From Candidatus Saccharimonadota bacterium (GTDB taxonomy: Bacteria > Bacteroidota > Bacteroidia > Cytophagales > Amoebophilaceae): DNA of 32,000 nucleotides. Under the pieces are notes generated by a model that saw only the letters and a program-made list of their open reading frames with translations, ran no database searches and was not told where the DNA came from. Shown here in pieces: positions 20,502 to 28,618 of the stretch (the stretch's first letter is position 1; each line of letters begins with the position of its first letter). A program made the position numbers and the translations under genes. The stretch covers positions 1 through 32,000 of the forward strand of contig NZ_OW441264.1 of the NCBI RefSeq assembly GCF_936981045.1. Direction: 5' to 3'.

Positions 20502-22265
20502 TTAGTACACCACCTCCAACATAAGTCGTTCTTGGAGTAGTGCTATAGCAGTGTTTTTTTTACTCAAGTAGGTTAATTTTTCTTGATCTGTATAGGGTGT
20601 TTGGGCAGATGTCTGCTCGATCAAAGCACTTTGAATGGTTATATCAGGGTGATGTAATTTTTTTCGAAGTGCAGGTAAAAGCTCCTCTTTGAGATTTTGT
20701 AGCATCTGCTCTTGAACGGGATTGATCAATGAAATGGTAATCACCGCACCTTGAATCTTTATGGGCTGATTCATAAGGTGATAAGCTGTTATGTGGCCAT
20801 TTTTTTTAAGTTGCTCGCTATAATCAGCAAGGAAAGATTGAACCATTGTTTCTGAAACTGGTTCTTTTACTTTTATATCATATTGGCTTGCTATTTTTTT
20901 ATCGGTATCATTCGATTTTTTCCTTGCAGTCAATCCAGATTTTAAGTTTGCTAAGGTAGGAATCGTTATCGTTTCTGGTTTCTGAGCAGGCCCTACTGGC
21001 TTGGAGGATGAATGGACCGCAATAGGGCTTGACTTAGCCAGTGGCGTAGATGACCCAGTGGCAACAACATCTGCTTGCTTAGACTTTGCTATAACAGGCT
21101 CTTTTTGACCATCTGCTTTTGGTAACGGTGTATCTGGTAATGGTTCTACAGTGCTTTCTGGAACAGACAAATGGCTAGTGGCTAGTTCAATTAGTGCCAG
21201 TTCTACATGCAACCTTTGATGTTGGCTAGATTTATAGCCTACATCACATTGGTTTAAGCGTCCTAACGCTTGTAATAAAAAAGGCATCGTGCATTTAGAA
21301 GCATATTCAGCATAACGTGGACGAATGTTGTCCGTGACTTCTAAAAGAGGGATGGTAGCATTGTCTTTACAGACCAATAGGTTGCGTAAATGTTCTCCAA
21401 GTCCTACTACAAAATGGTGCCCATTAAAACCTGCACGTAGGACGGCGTCATAGAGGGAGAGGACAGCGGGAATATTTCCTTGTAAGAAAGCTTCTGTGCA
21501 TTTAAAATAATAGTCATAATCCAGAATTTGGAGATGGTCGCATGTGTGGGCGTAGGTAATAGTGCCTCCTCTGCCTGCAGAAGTAGTGAGCAGATCAAAC
21601 ATAGAGAGTGCATCCCGCATGGCACCTTCTGCTTTTTGTGCAATTAGCTGCAGCGCAGATTCTTCATAAGGAATAGACTCTTGCCTGGAAATTGTTTTGA
21701 GTTGTGTGACAATATCTTCTAATTTAATTCTATTAAAGTTAAAGATTTGACAACGAGATAAAATAGTAGGTAAAACTTTGTGGCGTTCTGTGGTAGCCAA
21801 TATAAATAGGGCATAACTAGGGGGTTCTTCAAGCGTTTTGAGAAACGCATTAAAGGCCGCATTAGACAACATATGGACCTCGTCTATAATGTATATCTTA
21901 TATTTACCCAGTTGAGGGGCATAGCGAACCTGTCCCACCAGATCACGAATATCCTCTACAGAATTATTAGAAGCTGCGTCCAACTCATGGACATTCATAA
22001 AACTGTTGCTGCTTAAGCTTATACAATTGGTGCACTGGTTACAGGGCTCTATTGCTTCCGTAACTTGTAAGCAATTGATGGCCTTGGCCAGTATACGCGC
22101 ACAAGTAGTTTTCCCCACACCACGCGGACCACAAAAAAGAAAAGCATGTGCAAGCTGACCAGATGCTATGGCATTCTTTAATGTGGTAGTAATATGGGGC
22201 TGACTAATCACATCTTTAAAAGTAGTAGGGCGGTATTTTCTTGCAGAAACTACAAATTGGCTCAT
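20502..22265 (-). CDS. dnaX: DNA polymerase III subunits gamma/tau
   Basis: 587-aa ORF with Walker A GPRGVGKTT, the zinc module CNQCTNC, IIDEVHMLS and SRCQIFNF. Confidence 0.93.
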   Translation of the reverse strand: MSQFVVSARKYRPTTFKDVISQPHITTTLKNAIASGQLAHAFLFCGPRGVGKTTCARILAKAINCLQVTEAIEPCNQCTNCISLSSNSFMNVHELDAASNNSVEDIRDLVGQVRYAPQLGKYKIYIIDEVHMLSNAAFNAFLKTLEEPPSYALFILATTERHKVLPTILSRCQIFNFNRIKLEDIVTQLKTISRQESIPYEESALQLIAQKAEGAMRDALSMFDLLTTSAGRGGTITYAHTCDHLQILDYDYYFKCTEAFLQGNIPAVLSLYDAVLRAGFNGHHFVVGLGEHLRNLLVCKDNATIPLLEVTDNIRPRYAEYASKCTMPFLLQALGRLNQCDVGYKSSQHQRLHVELALIELATSHLSVPESTVEPLPDTPLPKADGQKEPVIAKSKQADVVATGSSTPLAKSSPIAVHSSSKPVGPAQKPETITIPTLANLKSGLTARKKSNDTDKKIASQYDIKVKEPVSETMVQSFLADYSEQLKKNGHITAYHLMNQPIKIQGAVITISLINPVQEQMLQNLKEELLPALRKKLHHPDITIQSALIEQTSAQTPYTDQEKLTYLSKKNTAIALLQERLMLEVVY

Positions 22266-22294
22266 GCTAGCATTTTAAACGATGGCGCATTAGA

Positions 22295-23428
22295 CTATCC
22301 TTGAAAAAAGGATTTAATCCGCTCAAAAAAGTTCTCTTCTTTCTTATTGGGCCTCGGTATAAAGTTAGGCGAGTCGCGCAGTGAAAGCAAAAGTTCTTTT
22401 TCTTCTTTTGTGAGTTCTTGTGGTGTCCAAATTTGAATAAAAACCAATTGGTCACCCTTTTTGTTATAACTATTTATATCTGCAATACCCTTTCCTTTTA
22501 ATTTAAGGACCTCGCCACATGATGTTCCAGGTGGAATTTTAAGCCGAACTTTTCCATATATAGTAGGTACTTCCATTTCGCAACCCAGTGTGGCATCTAT
22601 AAAGCTGACGTGTAAGGTATAGCAAATATTATTGCCTTTACGTTTTAGAAGATCGTCTTCTTCTTCTTCTATTTGGACAATCAAACTACCTGGCATACCG
22701 CCACGGGGTGGTGCATTACCCTTGCCACGTAGTGTAAGTTCCATATTCTTTTTTACCCCCTTAGGTACTTGAAAGGTAATCAAATCGTCTATAAACTTCC
22801 TGCCTGCTCCATGGCAATCCCTGCAAGGTGTTTTAATACGACTACCCGTTCCAGCACAGGAGCTACAAATAGACTCTGTCAGCATGTTGCCCAGCATAGT
22901 TTGGGTGGTTTTACGAACCACACCATGCCCTTTACATAGCCCACATTTTTCTACAGAAAGTCCATTTTCTGCCCCATTACCGCCACATACATCACAACTT
23001 GTATAGCGTTTTACTTTTACTTTTTTCTCAGTACCTAATGCAATCTCCTTAAGGTTTAGTTTGATTCTTATGCGTAAATCTTCGCCATATTGAGATGCCC
23101 GTCGTGTTCTCCTTCCACCAGCAAAAAAACTGCTAAAGGGAGAATCTTGAAATAAATCATTCAAATCACCTTCGAAAAAGTCATCTCCATAGGGGCTATC
23201 CCCCCCTTGGAACCCACTTGTACCAAATTGATCATATTGATTCCTTTTCTCTGGGTGGCTTAAAACATCATAGGCTTCTGTAGCAGCTTTAAACTTCTCT
23301 TCTGCTGCTTTGTTTCCTGGGTTTTTATCAGGATGGTATTGCATGGCTATCTTTCGATAGGCTTTTTTAATCTCGTCTGCAGTAGCACTACGTTCTATAC
23401 CCAGAACACTATAATAATCTTTTTCCAT
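22295..23428 (-). CDS. dnaJ: Molecular chaperone DnaJ
   Basis: J domain with HPDKNPG, a G/F-rich linker, and four CxxCxGxG repeats (CDVCGGNG, CGLCKGHG, CSSCAGTG, CRDCHGAG). Confidence 0.95.
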   Translation of the reverse strand: MEKDYYSVLGIERSATADEIKKAYRKIAMQYHPDKNPGNKAAEEKFKAATEAYDVLSHPEKRNQYDQFGTSGFQGGDSPYGDDFFEGDLNDLFQDSPFSSFFAGGRRTRRASQYGEDLRIRIKLNLKEIALGTEKKVKVKRYTSCDVCGGNGAENGLSVEKCGLCKGHGVVRKTTQTMLGNMLTESICSSCAGTGSRIKTPCRDCHGAGRKFIDDLITFQVPKGVKKNMELTLRGKGNAPPRGGMPGSLIVQIEEEEDDLLKRKGNNICYTLHVSFIDATLGCEMEVPTIYGKVRLKIPPGTSCGEVLKLKGKGIADINSYNKKGDQLVFIQIWTPQELTKEEKELLLSLRDSPNFIPRPNKKEENFFERIKSFFQG

Positions 23429-24193
23429 TTATACTCCAATTATAACTTTCGCAAACCGTAACACATATTCATGGATCATATATCCTTTTTCTACTACTGC
23501 TACAATCTTCCCTTGCATTTCTAGATTATCTACCGGCTGCTGCATAATGGCTTCATGTAAATCGGCATTAAATACACTTCCTTGCTCTATGGCTATTTCT
23601 TTTACACCATATCTTTTTAAACCGCCACATAATTTATCATAAATCAGTTTTATGCCTTCAATATGTTGAAGTGCTTCTTGTGTCCCTTGTAGGGCCGCTA
23701 TACATCGCTCAAAATCATCTATAATCGGCAAAAGTTCTTTTAATGTTTGCTCATTGGCTCTATCGGTAAAAGCCATACGTTCTTTGGCTGCACGCTTCTT
23801 GAAATTATCAAATTCAGCATAAAGACGAACGTATTTGTCATTTGCCTCCATGAGTAGCGTTTGCAGCTGTTCCAATGAACCTACATCAGGGGTGCACACT
23901 TGCTTATGACGGTCGTCTAGGGTATCAGCTGACTTACAGCAACTCGTGTGCGGATTTTCCGCTTGCTGGTTGCAACAATCTGCTTGTGGCGCTGCCGCTT
24001 GCTGGCCACAGCAACATGGTTGAGGTTCTGTTTCCTCACCGCTACAGCAGCATGGCTGGCGGGTTGTTGCCTCCTCATTAGAGCAACTTGTTTGGCTTTC
24101 GTCTACTGGCCCTTTGCAGCAACCTGCTCTGTTTGTATCTGTATCTTGTAATTTCATGTTTTCTGGTATAAAATAATGATGAGATGGCCTCAT
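23429..24193 (-). CDS. grpE: Nucleotide exchange factor GrpE with an unusual cysteine-cluster N-terminal extension
   Basis: The C-terminal roughly 150 aa are typical GrpE (RLYAEFDNFKKR ... IIDDFER ... VLRFAKVIIG). The stop codon abuts the dnaJ start with no spacer. The likely start is the second ATG at 24157 (MKLQDT). Confidence 0.9.
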   Translation of the reverse strand: MRPSHHYFIPENMKLQDTDTNRAGCCKGPVDESQTSCSNEEATTRQPCCCSGEETEPQPCCCGQQAAAPQADCCNQQAENPHTSCCKSADTLDDRHKQVCTPDVGSLEQLQTLLMEANDKYVRLYAEFDNFKKRAAKERMAFTDRANEQTLKELLPIIDDFERCIAALQGTQEALQHIEGIKLIYDKLCGGLKRYGVKEIAIEQGSVFNADLHEAIMQQPVDNLEMQGKIVAVVEKGYMIHEYVLRFAKVIIGV

Positions 24194-24282
24194 TATGGCA
24201 ATATAAAAGCAATGAACAATGCTAACACTACAGCTTATGCAATTTTTTTGCCAAATGCTTTTAATAATGTCAAATTGTCATA

Positions 24283-24912
24283 TTAAACCACACCCTGTTC
24301 TGGATATTTTCCAGGTATTTTTCGGTAAAAATCTTGAATATTTGTTATATCTTTCTCCATATCACTTGTAAGATGGAAGGTTGGACCCAATCCCATTTCT
24401 TTTTTTGCATAATTGATGTATCCCAAAATAATCGGAACATTTGCCGTTTCAGCTAACCTATAAAAACCTGTTTTCCAACGCTTTACATAGCTTCTTGTTC
24501 CTTCTGGGGCAATCGCAAGTAGAAGCCTATCTGCTTGATGGAGCATTTCTGCCATGACCGCTACTATATTGGTGCGCTTGGCTGTTTTATTTCTATCTAT
24601 TGGGATAGCACCCAACATTTGCATGAAGCAGGAAAGTGGAAAAAACATTACTTCTTTTTTTATGGCAAACCTAATCGGCACATCTGGATGACCCAGTTTA
24701 AATAACATACCATAAAAAAAGTCCCAGTTGCTGGTATGTGGCGCCAATACCAGGACTGCTTTTTTCCAAATGATGGGGGGGGTAGTGTTGTTAATTTTCC
24801 AACCCAAAAACTTAATGAGCGCAATGGCACACTTTTGGGTCCAACTATGTGCTTGCTGGGTTGCGCTACCTTCGGAATCCATAATTTTATACGCTTTGTT
24901 CAAATCGGCCAT
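24283..24912 (-). CDS. PlsC-family (1-acyl-sn-glycerol-3-phosphate-type) acyltransferase
   Basis: 209-aa ORF with the HxxxxD motif (HTSNWD) and APEGTRS. Confidence 0.8.
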   Translation of the reverse strand: MADLNKAYKIMDSEGSATQQAHSWTQKCAIALIKFLGWKINNTTPPIIWKKAVLVLAPHTSNWDFFYGMLFKLGHPDVPIRFAIKKEVMFFPLSCFMQMLGAIPIDRNKTAKRTNIVAVMAEMLHQADRLLLAIAPEGTRSYVKRWKTGFYRLAETANVPIILGYINYAKKEMGLGPTFHLTSDMEKDITNIQDFYRKIPGKYPEQGVV

Positions 24913-25170
24913 TATGTTATCGGGCCTAATTTAGTATAAAAAAGTTAATCTAAAGATAGGTATGTTGTTGCATCATTCAATCATTTTAGTCAAGTGTTAT
25001 GATTTTCTTTTGTTTTTGAAAAAATTTAAAAACCCAAGCCAGCAGCTTCAAGTGATTAAAGTGCATGTAATGATACATGCACCATTTATGCACAACAGGC
25101 TAATGGGATTGTTTTTGTGACGATCTATTGTTTATGAAAGAAAAAAATGGTAAAATTGTGTTGGTTATAA

Positions 25171-25244
25171 TCCTCCTTAGCTCAGTTGGTTAGAGCATTT
25201 GACTGTTAATCAAAGGGTCGCTGGTTCGAGTCCAGCAGGAGGAG
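25171..25244 (+). tRNA. tRNA-Asn (anticodon GTT)
   Basis: Hand-folded cloverleaf: acceptor TCCTCCT/AGGAGGA, D arm GCTC-AGTTGGTTA-GAGC, anticodon arm TTTGA-CTGTTAA-TCAAA, T arm GCTGG-TTCGAGT-CCAGC. 74 nt, CCA not encoded. Confidence 0.93.
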
Positions 25245-25321
25245 CTTTGTCTATGTGGGTGATGCATTGGTTAGTTCTTTTCCCTTTTGTGATCCAGCTG
25301 GTATCTTAAAATGATGATTGG

Positions 25322-26257
25322 TTGCCAACGCTTATAATGGAACAAGAATGGAAATCTTTTTTGTCTCATTTTGAAGTCTATCTCCGTTTAGAACGTTTGC
25401 TTTCTGAACATTCTATTATAGCTTACCTTTCTGATGTAACCAAGTTTACCCGGTTTTTGTTGGGTAAGGGGGTCTCCCCACTTGCAGTTGATTCCATTCA
25501 TATTCAAGAGTTTTTATCGGTGCTACATGATGTGGGTATGATGGCTACTAGTCAATCAAGGATCCTTTCTGGGTTGCGTGTTTTTTACAAATTTTTATGG
25601 TTGGGTCGGCATATCACTAAGGATCCTACTAAGCTTATAGAAAGTCCTCAGTTAGTGCAACATCTGCCATCTGTTTTGTCTGTATCGGAAATTGAGGCGA
25701 TCATTCATGCAATAGACCATTCTACACCGATTGGCATGCGCAATCGGGCCATTGTAGAAACGCTCTATGGTACAGGTGTGCGTGTTTCTGAGCTCATTTC
25801 TTTAAAGCTAAGCCATATCTATTTCGAAGAAAGTTTTGTACGCGTAATTGGAAAAGGTAATAAAGAGCGTTTGATACCTATTGGTGCCATAGCCTTAAAG
25901 TATATTAAACTTTATGTACAGGAGGTTCGTAGCCATATGGGTATACAATCAGGATACTTAGATACGCTTTTTTTAAACCGGCGTGGCAGCGGCTTAACCA
26001 GGGTGATGATTTTTTTAATGGTGCAGGCGCTTGCTAGAAAGGCTAAAATCCATGTGGACGTTGGGCCTCATATTTTTAGGCACTCTTTTGCTACGCATTT
26101 AATAGAAGGGGGAGCGGATTTGCGTGCCATACAGGAAATGTTGGGACATAGTTCTATCACTACTACTGAAATATATACCCACCTAGATACCAACTATCTT
26201 AGACAAATCATGCAAGATTATCACCCGAGAAGCCACCTAAATGGCCCTAATAAGTAA
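25322..26257 (+). CDS. xerD: Site-specific tyrosine recombinase XerD/XerC family
   Basis: Has the N-terminal SAM-like domain (YLRLERLLSEHSIIAYLSDV), then RHSFATHL and LGHSSITTTEIYTH with the catalytic Tyr. The likely start is the ATG at 25337 (MEQEW). Confidence 0.88.
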   Translation: MPTLIMEQEWKSFLSHFEVYLRLERLLSEHSIIAYLSDVTKFTRFLLGKGVSPLAVDSIHIQEFLSVLHDVGMMATSQSRILSGLRVFYKFLWLGRHITKDPTKLIESPQLVQHLPSVLSVSEIEAIIHAIDHSTPIGMRNRAIVETLYGTGVRVSELISLKLSHIYFEESFVRVIGKGNKERLIPIGAIALKYIKLYVQEVRSHMGIQSGYLDTLFLNRRGSGLTRVMIFLMVQALARKAKIHVDVGPHIFRHSFATHLIEGGADLRAIQEMLGHSSITTTEIYTHLDTNYLRQIMQDYHPRSHLNGPNK

Positions 26258-26318
26258 TAGGTGTAGCATGGTATCAATGCTTTTTTAGAAAAAAATAACT
26301 ATATTTGTTCCCTTAATG

Positions 26319-26392
26319 GGGTTCTTAGCTCAGCTGGTTAGAGCATCTGTTTTACACACAGAAGGCCGCAGGTTCGAATCCTGCAGGGCCCA
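26319..26392 (+). tRNA. tRNA-Val (anticodon TAC)
   Basis: Hand-folded cloverleaf: acceptor GGGTTCT/AGGGCCC (two G-T pairs), D arm GCTC-AGCTGGTTA-GAGC, anticodon arm TCTGT-TTTACAC-ACAGA, T arm GCAGG-TTCGAAT-CCTGC. 74 nt. Confidence 0.92.
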
Positions 26393-26500
26393 CGCTGCTT
26401 GTGGATTTTCTAAAGTGCAAAAGCTTCAAAGAAGCTATAACAATAGGTAACTGAATATGAATCTAGGGTTGCCCTCTATTGAACTTAACATTTAAATGCT

Positions 26501-26656
26501 ATGCCCGTTAGATTACAACGTAAAGCAAGAAGAAATAAAGTCAAAGCAGCACAACGTAAAGCTGCCATTAAGCGTTTGATGTTTATGCCTATTATTAAAT
26601 GTTTAGATGTAGAAGCGATACGTAAAAGTTTTGTGGATCGCAAAGCTACTGCTTAG
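26501..26656 (+). CDS. Possible small basic protein (51 aa), absent from the ORF track
   Basis: ATG..TAG ORF translating to MPVRLQRKARRNKVKAAQRKAAIKRLMFMPIIKCLDVEAIRKSFVDRKATA. It is Lys/Arg-rich, on the same strand as the neighbouring genes, and repeat copy E begins 14 bp after its stop. Confidence 0.35.
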   Translation: MPVRLQRKARRNKVKAAQRKAAIKRLMFMPIIKCLDVEAIRKSFVDRKATA

Positions 26657-26669
26657 ATTGTATGCGGCA

Positions 26670-26893
26670 CATTAAAACCGCCCCTTGTAAAAAGTTGCGA
26701 TCAGCAAGCACACCTTGCAGTTGATCAGAAAAACAGCTTGTTTGAAGCCCGAGCAGCGGGCAAGTTCTGTTGTTCCAGCTGTAAGGTGTGGCTTCAGCAA
26801 CTTTTTGCGCAGGGCTTGATTTTTTTGTACACTTTTTTATCAAGAAAGAAGTGTGATATAGGTTCCTTTTTTACTGCTGGTTTGAACAGATAC
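26670..26893 (+). repeat. Long-palindrome intergenic repeat, full-length reference copy E
   Basis: The parts in order are: foot aaaaccgcccc; left arm ttgtaaaaagttgcgatcagcaagcacaccttgcagttgatcagaaaaacag; apex gcccgagcagcgggc (26747-26761); right arm ctgttgttccagctgtaaggtgtggcttcagcaactttttgcgcagggc; ttgattttttt; A/T hairpin acactttttt-atcaag-aaagaagtgt; and the tail ending ..tttgaacagatac. Track ORFs 26646..26843 and 26738..26923 overlap it. Confidence 0.78.
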
Positions 26894-26903
26894 ATAGTCC
26901 TTT

Positions 26904-27551
26904 TTGTCTATGCCTGTTTATAGTTTTTCGATGTATGCTGCCACTAGCTTTTATCTTATTTGGAAGATCGAAGAAAGTTTGGCAACACTATGCGCTCAAT
27001 TACCTTCTCAATTTTTAGCTGATTTCCACAGTGGGGGCTTATCCTCTAAGGATAGGATACGGCAGTCTATGGCCGTAAGAATAGCGCTTTACGCTTTGCT
27101 AAAAAAATTAGATTTACCCATTTTACCACTTTCTAAAAATGAACAAGGTAGGCCTATTTTGGGTGATGGTAGGCTTCATATCAGCTTTACGCATACCCGT
27201 TACGTAGCGGCTGTAGCATTATCTACCTCTGCGCCTATAGGTATCGACCTAGAGATGGTTCAACCTAGCTTGCATATAGTACAAGGAAGGTTTTTAACAG
27301 AAGAAGAAGCGAAAGACACCAATCATTGCCTTGAAAAGCTGGCCATCTATTGGTGCGCTAAAGAAGCACTCTATAAACGTTTAGATAAGCAACAGATCTC
27401 TACCTGTAAGGATATTTTTATAGAACCATTTTATTTACAAACTAAAGGAAAAATTGTAGCCCATTTGAATCAAACAAAGTATGCAATGGGCTACGAGCAA
27501 ATCGTAGATACCGTTCTACGGCCGCATGTTTTGGTATACTGCCAAGATTAG
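26904..27551 (+). CDS. 4'-phosphopantetheinyl transferase superfamily protein
   Basis: Motifs GRPIL..HISFTHT, GIDLE and WCAKEALYK. The track start is TTG at 26904; ATGs at 26910 and 26931 are alternatives. Confidence 0.8.
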   Translation: MSMPVYSFSMYAATSFYLIWKIEESLATLCAQLPSQFLADFHSGGLSSKDRIRQSMAVRIALYALLKKLDLPILPLSKNEQGRPILGDGRLHISFTHTRYVAAVALSTSAPIGIDLEMVQPSLHIVQGRFLTEEEAKDTNHCLEKLAIYWCAKEALYKRLDKQQISTCKDIFIEPFYLQTKGKIVAHLNQTKYAMGYEQIVDTVLRPHVLVYCQD

Positions 27552-27552
27552 T

Positions 27553-27598
27553 GGTATCTGTTTTAAGTCAGTGGTAAAAAAGGCACTTATGTCATACT
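27553..27598 (-). repeat. Long-palindrome repeat family, tail-only copy G
   Basis: ggtatctgttttaagtcagtggtaaaaaaggcacttatgtcatacttt parallels 7947-7992 of copy B. It begins 2 bp after the PPTase stop. Confidence 0.5.
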
Positions 27599-27630
27599 TT
27601 AGACCTTCTGCGAAAGAATCTATTCGCTAC

Positions 27631-27740
27631 GGGCTCTGTCCACTTAAGTGTGTAAATTATTTTTTTGGTTTTATTCAATTCTGTTTTCAAATTTAATTAA
27701 AAATGTGCCACAGCCTCGCTCCAGTTATGAATAGAGGTGG
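27631..27740 (-). mobile_element. 3' end fragment of the second IS256 subtype, cut by IS6 copy B
   Basis: Near-identical to 13480-13590. It is truncated 71 bp earlier than the copy next to IS6 A. Confidence 0.6.
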
Positions 27741-28573
27741 GGTTCTGTCGCGTCTATAGTTTTCTTAGTATAGGTTTTTCGTTTAAGTCAAATTTTGGAT
27801 ATTATGCGGCCATTAAGATAGCAAAGTTCTCAAAAGTAGAAAGATGATTTTTAGCTCCTCTTACTTGTCCTTTTTGAATCATACGAATGTTTTCTATCCC
27901 TGAAATAGTAATGGAAGCAGAATAAAAATTCTTAAAACCCAGCATAGGTTTTATCCGTTTTTTGATAAACCTATGATCTTGTTCAACTCTATTATTCAAA
28001 TATTTGTTTTGAAATATTTGAATGGTATGATCTTGATCAAGATCTGTATTGATCGCATCAAGGGCAGCTTTATTACTGCCGCTTTTGTCAATTACTACTT
28101 TCTTAGGAATATTATTTTCTGTGATAGCCTTGCGAAAAAAAGAAAGCGTTGAAGACTTGTCTCTATGATCAGATAGAAAAAAGTCAACTGTATCACCATA
28201 ACGATCTACTGCTCTATATAAATAGATCCACTTCCCGTTTAGTTTAACATAGGTTTCATCCATTTTCCAACTACTACCAACTGGTCGTTTTCTTTTTCTT
28301 ACTGCTTTATCTATCAGAGGAACAAACTTAATAACCCATCTCTGTAGCGTAGAATGATCAACTCTTGCGCCTCTCATACGCATCATCTCTTCCAAATCTC
28401 TATAGCTCAAGGAAAAACGACACTTCATGTATACAAATAACAGGATGACTTCTGATGAAGAACAATAACCTTTAAAATATGGTAATAACTCGGGAGAAAT
28501 ATTAAACATAATAACTACTTTTTTAAATACCGATACTAAAATAATCATTTTTTAGAATAAACGCGACAGAACC
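27741..28573 (-). mobile_element. IS6-family (IS26-like) insertion sequence, copy B, intact
   Basis: Ends ggttctgtcgcgtctata (27741-) and aataaacgcgacagaacc (-28573). No flanking direct repeat is seen. Confidence 0.9.
27802..28548 (-). CDS. IS6-family transposase, full length
   Basis: Motifs DETYVKLNGKWIYLYRAVDRYGDTVDFFLS and NNRVEQDHRFIKKR. The N-terminal FKGYCSSSEVILLFVYMKCRFSLSYRDLEEMM region is present. The likely start is the ATG at 28509 (MFNIS). Confidence 0.9.
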   Translation of the reverse strand: MIILVSVFKKVVIMFNISPELLPYFKGYCSSSEVILLFVYMKCRFSLSYRDLEEMMRMRGARVDHSTLQRWVIKFVPLIDKAVRKRKRPVGSSWKMDETYVKLNGKWIYLYRAVDRYGDTVDFFLSDHRDKSSTLSFFRKAITENNIPKKVVIDKSGSNKAALDAINTDLDQDHTIQIFQNKYLNNRVEQDHRFIKKRIKPMLGFKNFYSASITISGIENIRMIQKGQVRGAKNHLSTFENFAILMAA

Positions 28574-28618
28574 AACTTTCGTATGGTGACATCATAAGCA
28601 AACTAAAACGAAACTACC

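Noticed and set aside
20502-24193. grpE-dnaJ-dnaX as an unusual operon.
   Set aside because: grpE and dnaJ abut and dnaX follows after 29 bp on the same strand, so co-transcription is likely. This is only tight packing of ordinary housekeeping genes, and nothing beyond the GrpE extension looks unusual.
25061-25082. Perfect 9-bp stem-loop gtgcatgta-atga-tacatgcac between the acyltransferase gene and tRNA-Asn.
   Set aside because: It is an isolated hairpin with no following T-tract and no second copy in the window. It lies upstream of both flanking genes rather than after a 3' end, so there is not enough evidence to call it a terminator or riboswitch.
25171-26392. A tyrosine recombinase flanked by tRNA-Asn and tRNA-Val looked like the integrase end of an integrative element.
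   Set aside because: The protein has the full XerC/XerD architecture and motifs, at 311 aa. I found no direct repeat of either tRNA 3' end nearby, and no cargo genes lie between the tRNAs. It is best read as the housekeeping dimer-resolution recombinase.
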